Source of the DNA: Spirochaetia bacterium
Lineage (GTDB): Bacteria; Spirochaetota; Spirochaetia; SP-2023
NCBI GenBank assembly: GCA_965225855.1
Contig: CBDDCK010000005.1
Span: forward strand, 960,001-1,024,000
Reading direction: 5' to 3'
DNA: 64,000 bases
This document shows, piece by piece, positions 1-9,920 of this stretch (the first letter of the stretch is position 1; every line of letters starts with the position of its first letter). The notes beneath the pieces were generated by a model, which saw nothing but the letters and a program-made list of their open reading frames with translations, made no database searches and was not told the DNA's origin. The position numbers were made by a program, and so were the translations under genes.

Positions 1-187
1 ATCGGCACATAATCCACGACCTATATAACAATCATCGGCAATCGTTGGCCAAATTCTGAATGCCCCTGAAAGAATAATATAGCGTTTTCATTTTCATTAA
101 ATGTTTCACCTTTTGGAGATTGCCCCATAGTGTAATCAAGGTGTAATCAAGTATTTTATTCAATTCTATACTTTCCCACCCCAAAGG
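1..187 (-). pseudogene. Degraded fragment of a type I RM specificity subunit (HsdS) target-recognition domain, running off the window edge
   Basis: Minus strand reads PLGWESIELNKILDYT, then an exact 11-bp tandem duplication (GTGTAATCAAG at 130-140 and 141-151) shifts the frame to MGQSPKGETFNENENAILFFQGHSEFGQR, then another frame gives IADDCYIGRGLCA. These match the HsdS TRD motifs P.GWE, GQSP, FFQG..EFG and IGRGL.A. Confidence 0.7.
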
Positions 188-378
188 CCAACCAAAGGCT
201 GGAACAGACAAGCCACAAACACCCAGGCTTATACAAATTTTTACCCCAGTAGTCTCAAATAATTTATTGGCTACTAAGCAACGTATTTGCCTACAACACT
301 AAGATACAAAAAAAGTGCCCAAACATAGAAAAAGCACAAAAAAACTTACAAAAAGCTTACAAAAAGCTTATATGGGCC

Positions 379-405
379 TTGACGCAACACCCCCCCTAGC
401 AAAAT
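379..405 (+). promoter_or_regulatory. Possible sigma70-like promoter with a C7 tract in the spacer
   Basis: TTGACG (379-384), 15-nt spacer containing C7 (390-396), CAAAAT (400-405). Conserved in the paralogous leader. Confidence 0.35.
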
Positions 406-468
406 AGGGATTTACAGACTAGCCCGTATGGGTTGGCTAATCTTTATCCATTTTTGGAGGTATTGCTT

Positions 469-2757
469 ATGTATAAGCTCAAACTACTTTTATTGCCTGT
501 AGCCTGGCTACTGGCTTTTATGGCCTTTGCCTGCGCACCACCCGATGACGATGATGCGCCATCTTCTGGGCCGACTATCAATAACGCCATCTACGATGTT
601 GGCACGGCTCTGTTAACCATACAAGGCACTAACTTAAGTCCTACAGAAGCGCAAATCCAAACCATCGTAGTAGATGGCGTAGCCTTAAGTTCCTATTCTG
701 CAGATGACCCAGCCACTGGGCCAGATAGTAGCGATCTTGTAAAAGGTAAGTACCGCCTGAAAAGCGATGGCACAGCGATTTGGCTTTACCTTACCGATAC
801 CGATAAAGCTGCTCTGAATGGCAAGACAGGTATGGATAGCAATGGTCTAAAAAAAGGGTTGCTTAGCGTTAGCTCTGGTGCTTGGGCGGGTTTAAATATA
901 GCCAAAGGCTTGGCCGTTAGTGGAAACCCCACAATTACCCGTGCAAGCTACAATGTTGGCACGGCTCTGCTAACTTTACAAGGTACTGACTTAGGTAGTG
1001 CGACCCAAGCGCAAATCCAAACCATCAAAGTATATGGCGTAGCCTTAAGTTCCTATACTGCAGATGACGATGCCACTGGGCCAGATAGTAGCTATCTTGT
1101 AGGAGGTAAGTACCGCCTGAAAAGCGATGGCACAGCGATTTGGCTTAGACTTACCTATAAAGATAAAAATACTCTGCATTTCAAGCCCGGTATGTATAAG
1201 GGTGGTCTAAAAGATGGTAAGCTTACTAGCACTGGTACTTGGGCGGGTTTAGATACAGCCAAAGCCTTGGCCGTTAGCGGACACCGCCAACCCGTAATTT
1301 ACCGTGCATTCTACAATGCTAATACAGGCAAGTTAATTATTTTCGGTGGTAATTTACCGTACTCAGTTGAAGAGTGGGACTTTAGCAAATTGACGCTTGT
1401 ATCCGGTGATCGTAAGAAGAGATTCACATTACCTAAGCAATCAACTGCAGGTGAAGACACAGCCACAGGTTCTGATGCAAGTGCAATAAAATTATTGATT
1501 ACTTTAAGTGGTAGTGTAAAAGCCAAAGCCAATGCTATACTGGTTAAGGATGGTCTTCGTGATAATAATGGTGCATACAACCTGGAAGCAGCAGCAGGAT
1601 TTGCAGGTGGTAGCGCTGAAGACGACAGATGGCGTGGTAGCGCTGAAGACATATGGGATAACCCGATTACCGTTAGGGGGTATACAGCCAGCATCACCAA
1701 AGCAAAATACGATGCTAATACAGGCAAGTTAATTATTTTTGGTAAAGGTTTACCGGAAACAGTTGAAGAATGGGACTTTAGCAAATTGACGCTTGTATCC
1801 GGTGATGGTAGTAAGAGATTCACATTACCCCAGAAATCAACTGCAGGTGAAAACACAGCCACAGGTTATGGAGCAAGTGAAATAGACGTATATATTACTT
1901 TAAGCGGTAGTGTAAAAGAGAAAGCCAATGCTATACTGGTTAACGATGGTGATAGTGATGGTAATGGTGCATACAACCTGGAAGCAGCAGCAGGATTTGC
2001 AGGTGGTAGGTCTGAAGACACAAGCAATAACCCGATTACCGTTAGTGGCTACGTAAGCCAGATCTACTCCGTAGTCTACTTTGCTAATAAAGGCAAGTTA
2101 TATATTTATGGTAGCAGGTTATCAACAGCAGTTGCAGACTGGGACTTTAGCAAATTGACGCTTGTATCCGGTGATGGTAGTAAATACACATTACCCCGGC
2201 ACTCAACTGCAGGTGCAAATACAGCCACAGGTTCTAGGGCAAGTGCATTAGACTTATTGATTACTTTAAGCGGTAGTGTAAAAGCGGAAGTCGAGAAGAT
2301 ACTGGTTAGGAATGGTGAAAGTGATGATAATGGTGCATACAACCTTGAAGCAGCAGCAGAATTTGTACCTGGTAGCCAAGCAGACTCAAGCAATAACCCT
2401 ATTACCGTTATTGGGTATGTAGCCAGAATCACCAGCGTATTATACATAGCTATAGACAACAAGTTATATATTAATGGTAGCAGGTTACCGACAGCAGTTG
2501 CAGACTGGGACTTTAGCAAATTGACGATTGTATCCGGTGATGGTAAGAAGAGATTCACATTACCTAAGCAATCAACTTCAGGTGAAAACACAGCCACAGG
2601 TTCTGATGCAAGTGCAACAGGCTTAACGATTACTTTAAGCGATAGTGTAAAAGAGGAAGTCGATGCTATACTGGTTAACAATGGCAACTTTGAAGCAGCA
2701 GCAGGATTTGTACCTGATAGTCCAAAAGACTCAACCACTAGTATTGAAGTTTTATAG
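469..2757 (+). CDS. Surface lipoprotein with two type-A and four type-B repeats of about 120 aa each, beta-rich and Ig-like
   Basis: GGAGG RBS precedes ATG 469. Signal peptide ends LAFMAFA-C (lipobox-like). Repeats contain YxxGTALLTxQGT (type A) and WDFSKLTLVSGD..GAYNLEAAAGF..NPITV (type B). Confidence 0.85.
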   Translation: MYKLKLLLLPVAWLLAFMAFACAPPDDDDAPSSGPTINNAIYDVGTALLTIQGTNLSPTEAQIQTIVVDGVALSSYSADDPATGPDSSDLVKGKYRLKSDGTAIWLYLTDTDKAALNGKTGMDSNGLKKGLLSVSSGAWAGLNIAKGLAVSGNPTITRASYNVGTALLTLQGTDLGSATQAQIQTIKVYGVALSSYTADDDATGPDSSYLVGGKYRLKSDGTAIWLRLTYKDKNTLHFKPGMYKGGLKDGKLTSTGTWAGLDTAKALAVSGHRQPVIYRAFYNANTGKLIIFGGNLPYSVEEWDFSKLTLVSGDRKKRFTLPKQSTAGEDTATGSDASAIKLLITLSGSVKAKANAILVKDGLRDNNGAYNLEAAAGFAGGSAEDDRWRGSAEDIWDNPITVRGYTASITKAKYDANTGKLIIFGKGLPETVEEWDFSKLTLVSGDGSKRFTLPQKSTAGENTATGYGASEIDVYITLSGSVKEKANAILVNDGDSDGNGAYNLEAAAGFAGGRSEDTSNNPITVSGYVSQIYSVVYFANKGKLYIYGSRLSTAVADWDFSKLTLVSGDGSKYTLPRHSTAGANTATGSRASALDLLITLSGSVKAEVEKILVRNGESDDNGAYNLEAAAEFVPGSQADSSNNPITVIGYVARITSVLYIAIDNKLYINGSRLPTAVADWDFSKLTIVSGDGKKRFTLPKQSTSGENTATGSDASATGLTITLSDSVKEEVDAILVNNGNFEAAAGFVPDSPKDSTTSIEVL

Positions 2758-2805
2758 GGGTTGGTAAGTAGGGTTTGGTTGTTGCAACGCTTGCATTGGC
2801 CAATT

Positions 2806-2840
2806 GCAGCCTTGGTAAGTTTTTTATCAAGGCTGCTTTT
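2806..2840 (+). terminator. Rho-independent terminator of the lipoprotein gene
   Basis: GCAGCCTTG-loop-CAAGGCTGC followed by TTTT. Confidence 0.65.
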
Positions 2841-2909
2841 ATCAATTATAGCCTGGGTATGGAGAAAATACCAAGGCTAAAACAACCAAGCTAAAACGTT
2901 GGCATAAAA

Positions 2910-3000
2910 ATTAAGAGAGTCTCTTAATGCCCAACAACAGAATTTCTTAATACCCAATAAGAGATTCTCTTAATAAGAGACTTTCTTAATAACTAACAAC
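2910..3000. repeat. Degenerate short array, reverse complement of the 23-bp tandem repeat at 15718-15960
   Basis: Recurring (T)CTTAATAC/GCC.AA(C/T)AAGAGA-like units. Confidence 0.65.
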
Positions 3001-3048
3001 AATTTTTTGTAACAAGATAAACTTTGGCCAAGCCTTGGTAAGTTTTTA

Positions 3049-5634
3049 TCAAGGCTGCTTTTGCCAACCATTTTTGCCAAGCGAACGGTATACAATACAG
3101 ACCAAATATTGTGGATACCAACTAAACCGAACAACCTTCCAATAGTTAAGGGCTTTTCTAGTACCTAGATACGAGCGTATCTCTTGTAAATAACGGCGTA
3201 AACACAACACATCTTCAAGTTGAAACTCGGCACTAAAATAGTACTTTTGAAATAGGGCCAAACAAAGCTGGCTATAGTGCAGTAACGGGCTTATTTGTGC
3301 TTGCGTTTGCAGCTCTTTTGATTGATCATGCGTTCGTTGCTGCTGGTCATATTCCAGCTGTTGTTTCTGTTTTAGCGTTTGGGCTAACATCTGCAAAGCA
3401 TCTTGCCAAGCATAGAGCTGCGGGGGTGGTAATTTATTCTGAAGGGGCTTATACCGGGGTTTTCCTGACGCATTGGTGTCATCGGAGCGAGTAAATAAAT
3501 TTGTATTGAGCAGTGCTAAAAGGTGATAGATAGCCATAACGATTTTTGCCATAGCCTTATGATTGCTCTCATTCTCTGCTCTATCCTTATCTTGTGCTAA
3601 AGTAACTAGTGCTTGTAGTTTTATCGGTGCACGCAGCGCAAAGTAGGCCAATCGGATACGATATAGCAACAGCACCACTAAAGCGATACCAAGCAATAGC
3701 AATGGCAGTAGCCAGCTCCGCTGGCGGAAAGTCTTTAGGAAGCGGGCCAACAATAATTCAGTAGTAGACTTCTCGGCTACTAACTTTTTAAGCCCATCTT
3801 CGGCATTAAATCTATTATTGCGCAGCAGCTCTTCTGTCAAGGCTGCTAAGTCTAGTTCTGCACCTTCAGGTAGGCCAAATTCCAGCTCCTCACCCGGGGC
3901 TAGCTCAAACGTAGTAGGGTCAAAAGTTACCCAACCTTGCTCTGGATCAAACACCTCCACCCAAGCGTGAGCCTGATCGGCAAACAACGGATAATAGTCT
4001 AAAATACGCAGTTCTGGATTGAGCAAAAAACCCACTACTACGCGCGAGGGAATACCGAGTGAGCGAAGCATTAGGCCCATACTAAAAGCAAAGTAGGTAC
4101 AGTAACCCTTCCTACTATTAAATAGAAAGTAGCGCAGTTGGTCCCCGTCTTCAGCAATGCCGGGGTTCAAAGTATAGCGATATTCCCTGTGGAAGTAATG
4201 GGTAAACAATTGGGCTATTTCTAATGGCTGTAAATTCCCGATATTAAAACCCTGAATAGCCAAGCTATTACTTTCTAATCCGCTCGAATTTGGCTCTGTT
4301 GGACTGCCCTTCCAAGCTGGTTGTAAGCGGCCTAACAACTGCAAAGCAAACTCGCCAATATCGCGGTATTCCTCTGGCACATAAGTATAATAAGCCATGC
4401 GTTCAGCTCCAACATAGTCTGCATAATCTTTTAGAGGTCGACCAAACGGGAAGGGCTGTATCAAGGTACGGGCTTCCACCTGATAGACGCGACTAAAGGA
4501 AGAGTCCGGCCAATTCTCAAACGTCTGCACCTTGGTAGGGTAGTTTAAGACAAACAAGGAGCTGGGCTGGATATTCAGCAGAAAGGCATACATTTCTTGG
4601 CTTTGGCGCAAATCGTAACGGGGCATTTCAAACAAACTAATACCCTGTTCTAATTCCATTGGTAAGGGGCTTTCGCCCGGCATATTAGGTTCTTCTGGAT
4701 CACGGAAAAAGCTACGGGAAGCATCGAGCCCACCGAGCGTAAAGCGCGTTAAGTATGTAGGGCGGTCATCGCGAAAATCCTCAATTTGGCTCATCATTAC
4801 CAACTGCCGATCTTGTTCTAAAGAGCTATCGAGCTGCAAGTATTCGCCAAAGTCAAACTGGTTGCTTAGGTTCTTTCCCAAGAGTCCATTGCCCGCACTG
4901 GAACCACGTATAGCTTGATTCCAATTGATCGGTGATATTTTCGTCCACCACAATAAAGCGAATAACAATAATAGCAGAAAAGCAAAACTAGTCAATTGTC
5001 TACCCCGTTTCCGCAAAGCAGTCTGGCCATATTTACCATTAGTAACGGCCGTATCAAGATTATTAATAGGTACCCAACTTGCCTCATGGCGTAAGTATGG
5101 GTGCAAAGTTAAGACAAACAATACTAGACTCAAGCTAGGTACGCTCAACCAAAACAGACGATACAGATCATAGCGATCTTCAAAGCTCGAACTAAGCTCC
5201 TCACGAGTTAGGAGAATGAAGCCCAGTAGTAACAAAACTACCATTTCAATACTGCGGTATTTGCCAAACTGCAAGACAAGTATACTGCTCAGTAAAAATA
5301 GCGAAGCGAGTACTAAGGACATTCTCATCTGTAAAATACCATACAGGGTTTGGATAGCTTGGTAAGAGAGGCTAAGGCTAGCAAGATAATCACTAATCCC
5401 TTGCAAGGATAGGAACAGCACGGAAAAAGCACAAAGGACCCAAATGATACGCAAGGACAGCTTATTGCTAAACAAAAGTACAACAAATAAGATATTGGTA
5501 CTGACAAACAGCAAAATAGATATAAGGCTATTTGTTTGCTCCAAACTTTCTACCAATAGGTAGAGCAAGGCACTACACAAGAGCATATGCAGCAAGATAT
5601 ACAACAGCAGCAACCCGAATCGTCTATCTTCCAT
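3049..5634 (-). CDS. Membrane protein with a transglutaminase-like domain (TgpA-like)
   Basis: N-terminal transmembrane helices; catalytic motifs GYCTYFA, LRSLGIPSRVVVGF, AHAWVEV and GWVTFDPT. Confidence 0.9.
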   Translation of the reverse strand: MEDRRFGLLLLYILLHMLLCSALLYLLVESLEQTNSLISILLFVSTNILFVVLLFSNKLSLRIIWVLCAFSVLFLSLQGISDYLASLSLSYQAIQTLYGILQMRMSLVLASLFLLSSILVLQFGKYRSIEMVVLLLLGFILLTREELSSSFEDRYDLYRLFWLSVPSLSLVLFVLTLHPYLRHEASWVPINNLDTAVTNGKYGQTALRKRGRQLTSFAFLLLLLFALLWWTKISPINWNQAIRGSSAGNGLLGKNLSNQFDFGEYLQLDSSLEQDRQLVMMSQIEDFRDDRPTYLTRFTLGGLDASRSFFRDPEEPNMPGESPLPMELEQGISLFEMPRYDLRQSQEMYAFLLNIQPSSLFVLNYPTKVQTFENWPDSSFSRVYQVEARTLIQPFPFGRPLKDYADYVGAERMAYYTYVPEEYRDIGEFALQLLGRLQPAWKGSPTEPNSSGLESNSLAIQGFNIGNLQPLEIAQLFTHYFHREYRYTLNPGIAEDGDQLRYFLFNSRKGYCTYFAFSMGLMLRSLGIPSRVVVGFLLNPELRILDYYPLFADQAHAWVEVFDPEQGWVTFDPTTFELAPGEELEFGLPEGAELDLAALTEELLRNNRFNAEDGLKKLVAEKSTTELLLARFLKTFRQRSWLLPLLLLGIALVVLLLYRIRLAYFALRAPIKLQALVTLAQDKDRAENESNHKAMAKIVMAIYHLLALLNTNLFTRSDDTNASGKPRYKPLQNKLPPPQLYAWQDALQMLAQTLKQKQQLEYDQQQRTHDQSKELQTQAQISPLLHYSQLCLALFQKYYFSAEFQLEDVLCLRRYLQEIRSYLGTRKALNYWKVVRFSWYPQYLVCIVYRSLGKNGWQKQP

Positions 5635-7273
5635 TACGAAACCACCTTTTTACAGAATAATGCCGACTTGGCTGCTGATAGTAACGTTTCCATTGCCATA
5701 ATAACAGTAATAATTGCGGGTAACGCTGGCCTTTTAAAGGCCGATGGATAAACGTTTTTGTCTTCATTTTAGCTTGCTTAGCAGGCTTAAGTGTAATCAC
5801 TTGGTTCAGTGGTAGGCCTAAATTACGATACAATTGTAAAGCCCTTGAACCTTCTTGCAAGCGTTGGCGGCCTTGCAATAGCCAACCCCACAATAACGAG
5901 AAGGGCAATAATCCTATAATATTTTTGCACAATAAAGTTTCTCTCAAAGAGGCACTAGGTTCTGGCAATGGAATATATTGCGTTTGGGTTATAGAGAAGT
6001 ATTGAGCTAATATCTCGGTATGATAAGAAAGACTGTGGGGGCTAACAAATACCAAGTTATTGGCAGTGGAACCAGTAGACTGGGCTACTAGAAACTGCTG
6101 TAAGTTTAAATAAGGCTCCCGATAAAAGGGGATTTTCATTTTATTTAAAAACTTACTATACTCAAGTAAAAATAAAAATTTATTACTAATCCCTTGTTGC
6201 TGATTTATCGGTACTAACGCAATATTGCGCTGATAAGAAGCTAATAGATGCAAGATACGTTCTTCACTAGATTCATGGTAAAGAATGCCTTGTCCGATAT
6301 TGTAATCTTGTTCTAAGGGCAGACTATCTGTTTGACTACCAATAAAGCAAGGAATGTGAGTAATAATACGGTACCCTTTTTGATGCAATTGCTTCAACTG
6401 GTTTAAAAAATAAATACTAGCCCAGCTTAAAACACTCTCGCGCAATCTCTTGGGATAGCAAGACATGTCCAATACAAAATAGCAATGTAAATCCTGCGAA
6501 AAAACAGGTTGTTCTTCGGGGATACGAACGTGTAGTTCATTAAATCGCGAATACAATTTCCAATTGATTCGGCGCGGATCATCACCGGGATAATAAGGCC
6601 GCTGTTCACCCCTACCTTCTTGAGCTAACTTTTGAACGGCGCTACTCAAAGGGTCTTTACTCATACTTGATGATAGTGCTTCACAACTACTGCATAAATT
6701 GGCTGAAGATAATACGGCTAGCTCCAAGGCCTGCTGAATGCGATAGCGCAGGTGTAACGCCGCAAAACAATCGCGCACATAAAAACACTGATTAGCCCCT
6801 TTATATAAACCATGTTGGAATTGAGCCAACAACCACGGTTCGGCCTTATCTAAAGGGAATTTTAAACTATTATGACCACTGCGCAAACGGTAGCGCAAAC
6901 ATAATTTTTGTCCTGTTTCTATGTTGCGTAGTCGCAATTCCCAAAAGACTTGTACTCCAAACAAAATATTTGGAAGCTGAACTTCTAACACCAATTCAGA
7001 GGCTGGGGCATGGCGCAAGCAAACGGTACTGGGGACAAAAAACCTTGGTAAGCTAAGGTTATAGCATAACTCTCTTCGAGCTAGTTGGCCACTAAGTAAC
7101 ACCGCTTGAATACTAAAACTAAGGCAGATGTAAGCCAAACACAACAACAGGCACAAGCCCCAGATATTTTCCCAAGAATCACCAAAACGTGGCTTATGCC
7201 ACCAAAGTGTATAAAGAATTACAGAAAAAAAAAGAAAAAACGCCAGCCTGGATAAAAACGTATAGAATCGCAA
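5624..7273 (-). CDS. DUF58 domain-containing protein
   Basis: RPYYPGDDPRRINWKLYSR motif; coupled to the transglutaminase gene. The TTG start is uncertain. Confidence 0.8.
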   Translation of the reverse strand: MRFYTFLSRLAFFLFFSVILYTLWWHKPRFGDSWENIWGLCLLLCLAYICLSFSIQAVLLSGQLARRELCYNLSLPRFFVPSTVCLRHAPASELVLEVQLPNILFGVQVFWELRLRNIETGQKLCLRYRLRSGHNSLKFPLDKAEPWLLAQFQHGLYKGANQCFYVRDCFAALHLRYRIQQALELAVLSSANLCSSCEALSSSMSKDPLSSAVQKLAQEGRGEQRPYYPGDDPRRINWKLYSRFNELHVRIPEEQPVFSQDLHCYFVLDMSCYPKRLRESVLSWASIYFLNQLKQLHQKGYRIITHIPCFIGSQTDSLPLEQDYNIGQGILYHESSEERILHLLASYQRNIALVPINQQQGISNKFLFLLEYSKFLNKMKIPFYREPYLNLQQFLVAQSTGSTANNLVFVSPHSLSYHTEILAQYFSITQTQYIPLPEPSASLRETLLCKNIIGLLPFSLLWGWLLQGRQRLQEGSRALQLYRNLGLPLNQVITLKPAKQAKMKTKTFIHRPLKGQRYPQLLLLLWQWKRYYQQPSRHYSVKRWFRNGR

Positions 7274-7509
7274 GACTGCTCAAAATCATTCATGGGCTTA
7301 TCTTATATACGATGGAATGCTTGGGCAACAGAATAATTATAAAAAAATGGTATAAGCGCGATATATTGCCTAACCCCATTTTATTTTTAGACAATACCCT
7401 GGAATTATCAGAAAATAAAACTTAATGATGATAAGGCCTCTATATCTTTAGTAATTCTATCTTCAAGCCGATATGTCAAGAAAGTATATAAGAGGCTAAA
7501 GGATTTCCC

Positions 7510-9483
7510 ATGAATATCACTGAATTTCGCAATTTAATCGCAGAACAGTTGAGTATTGATCGCCAAGTAACAAGACATCAAATGTCTGGCCGGAATTTAA
7601 ATGCACTATTGCGTACGGCGTCCCAGCAACTATGTATACCTTTTAATCAATTAGATTATGAGATAGAAGTACAGGGCAATAATGGTTTTATGCGTCTTAT
7701 AAAACCCAGAGATTTTACCATCACAGTATACCAAAGCGAAGTTGATCGCAGTGGAGATCATGTCCAATTTGCCAAAGATATGGTTGCTCAGCAAGATGTT
7801 TTTGCACCAATACCGGGCAAAATGTTTTTGCATGTTTATCCAGATGGCATATATTTAAAATTAGTTGCCCCTAAAAATGGCGGTATTCCGGTTACCGAAC
7901 AAGATATTCTGGTGCAAATCAATCGCTTATTTGGGGAGCAGCCGAAACGCCGCCTTATCCGCGAATTGTCTCACCACGAATTTTGTGATTACACAAGGGT
8001 TGCCAATATAGACCACCAGCCCAAAGCAGATGTCCGGGTCAATATCCAAGTAGCTAAAGATCAAATGCAGGCCATAATGATTGTTACCGAGCCTAGTGAT
8101 TACGGTGCTCATTTACAATATATTGATTTAATGAAAATTATTAGCGGTAATGGTATTACTTACGGATATGATAAAGGTTTCCTCAAAAATTTTTGTGATG
8201 AACCAACTTATGATCAAGCTATACTTATAGCAAAAGGAAAATTACCGATCAACGGAACCGATTTATATATTGAGATTTTTGAGAACAAGCAAAAAAACAA
8301 TATATTGCAGGAAGAAAACGGGAGAGTGAATCTTCGCGCCATAAACAACATTAATACGGTAGCTGCAGGTACTGTTATTGGAATGTTACTTGAACCTTCA
8401 TCTGGTGAGCCAGGTTATACTGTTTTGGGAGACTCTATTGAACCTATACCTGGTGAGATTAGGCCTTATACCATTGGTTTAAACTGCACATTAAACCAAG
8501 AAACAAAAGAAATTGTAGCCACCACTTCCGGTGAAATGGTTTTTGATAAAGACGAACAACTCATTAAAGTTTTGGAAATCTATGTTGTTGAAGGCGACTT
8601 ACAAAGTAATATTGATTTTCCCGGTTCTATTTTGATTAAGGGAGATGTTGGTAATGGTTACAATATTAAGGCGGAAGCCAATATAACAATATTGGGTCAC
8701 TTAGGTAAAACAAATATCGAATGTGGTGGTACTTTAATTATTAAATCTGGTATCAATGCTGTCGATGCTGTTCATGAAATGTTAGTGTATGCCAAAGACA
8801 ACATTTTTACTCGATATATTAACAATGCTGGTGTTATTTCTGATAAAAGTATTATTGTTGAAGACGGTATTTTAAGCTCAAGCGTTTTTGCCGATGAATA
8901 TGTTATCTGTCGTGGCAAAAGAGGGATTATAAGCGCTTCTTTTATCAATGCACGTCTGGGTATTTATGCCAAAAATTTTGGCTCTGTCAGTGGAACATCA
9001 ACAGAGCTATCTGTGGCTATACCCAAAAAAATACAAGACGAACGCCATTCATTACAAGAAAAATATGAAAGCTATCGCGGGAAAATAAAGTCTTTAAGAC
9101 AAAGGCTGAATGCACAAAATAGACAGAAAGAAATTATTAGCCAAATGGGTTCGATCAATGTAGAATTTATAAAACAAATTGGAAAAAATACGGAAGAGTT
9201 ACAAGCTCAAATTAAACAAATTGAACAAATTTTATTTGCCATTCATACGCGTTTGCAAGAACTTGAGGCAGAGATAAAAGACCTTTCTAACCATGCTTTT
9301 GTTAGTAACGAAAAAAACTTAAACCCTGGTGTTGTAATTACTATTGGTACCCATCACATGGATATACAATCTGCTTACGCGAAAGGTTTGACATTCCATT
9401 TAAAAAATGAAGAAATCCAACCTTGCCCCCTGGAACATTTTGATTTAGAGCAATTTGTGGAAAATGACCGTAATATTAAATAA
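7510..9483 (+). CDS. FapA/DUF342 family flagellar assembly-related protein
   Basis: AKGKLPINGTD; GRVNLR..NINTV..G; NIDFPGSILIKGDV..GYNIKA; C-terminal coiled coil and PGVVITIG. Confidence 0.85.
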   Translation: MNITEFRNLIAEQLSIDRQVTRHQMSGRNLNALLRTASQQLCIPFNQLDYEIEVQGNNGFMRLIKPRDFTITVYQSEVDRSGDHVQFAKDMVAQQDVFAPIPGKMFLHVYPDGIYLKLVAPKNGGIPVTEQDILVQINRLFGEQPKRRLIRELSHHEFCDYTRVANIDHQPKADVRVNIQVAKDQMQAIMIVTEPSDYGAHLQYIDLMKIISGNGITYGYDKGFLKNFCDEPTYDQAILIAKGKLPINGTDLYIEIFENKQKNNILQEENGRVNLRAINNINTVAAGTVIGMLLEPSSGEPGYTVLGDSIEPIPGEIRPYTIGLNCTLNQETKEIVATTSGEMVFDKDEQLIKVLEIYVVEGDLQSNIDFPGSILIKGDVGNGYNIKAEANITILGHLGKTNIECGGTLIIKSGINAVDAVHEMLVYAKDNIFTRYINNAGVISDKSIIVEDGILSSSVFADEYVICRGKRGIISASFINARLGIYAKNFGSVSGTSTELSVAIPKKIQDERHSLQEKYESYRGKIKSLRQRLNAQNRQKEIISQMGSINVEFIKQIGKNTEELQAQIKQIEQILFAIHTRLQELEAEIKDLSNHAFVSNEKNLNPGVVITIGTHHMDIQSAYAKGLTFHLKNEEIQPCPLEHFDLEQFVENDRNIK

Positions 9484-9494
9484 GGAGAATAGCT

Positions 9495-9920
9495 ATGTCA
9501 ATACGGCCCATGGATACACACAATATTTACTTGCGTATGGGAGAAGTTTCTCGCGAACAAGATAAAGAAATTAAAAAAGAAGGGCGCCAACAAGATTCCC
9601 AAAAGCGTATTCAAAGATTTCGTGAAGAAAACTTTGACCGCGCGGTAAACCAAGTATTAGAAAGCCACGCAGACAAAACGGTAAAAGAACACGAAGACCG
9701 TGGCCTTCCAAAGCAAAAGAAAAACAAAGATGACAATGAATTCTCAAATGGATACCAAGGGCAACACCAAGAGCAGCAGAAACAACACGATACATATTCA
9801 GCTCAAGACATTGCCTTGCCCATGGTTACTTTACATCAACATGCATACGGTTCCCGTTCTCTAAACCTGACAACCTGCTTAGATCCTGATTTAGGGCAAT
9901 ACGTAAATATCATCAGTTAA
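9495..9920 (+). CDS. Hypothetical protein of the type found downstream of fapA
   Basis: AGGAG RBS; N-terminus MSIRPMD, C-terminus DPDLGQYVNI; co-oriented with fapA. Confidence 0.7.
   Translation: MSIRPMDTHNIYLRMGEVSREQDKEIKKEGRQQDSQKRIQRFREENFDRAVNQVLESHADKTVKEHEDRGLPKQKKNKDDNEFSNGYQGQHQEQQKQHDTYSAQDIALPMVTLHQHAYGSRSLNLTTCLDPDLGQYVNIIS

Larger units (their letters stand above)
292..3037. repeat. Left arm of a large inverted duplication (leader, lipoprotein gene and downstream region); partner is 15688-18420
   Basis: TACAACACTAA..AAAAGTGCCCAAACATA at 292 matches the reverse complement ending at 18420. TTTTTGTAACAAGATAAACTTTGG.CAAGCCTTG ending at 3037 matches the reverse complement starting at 15688. 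The coding regions share long identical blocks. Confidence 0.9.

Noticed and set aside
1311..2738. Long antisense ORFs opposite the lipoprotein, and similar ones opposite copA, infB, nusA, the TPR gene and gyrB
   Set aside because: Shadow frames of real genes.
469..2757. Diversity-generating retroelement target
   Set aside because: No reverse transcriptase or non-coding template repeat in the window, and variation is spread over all repeats. Kept only as a test to run.
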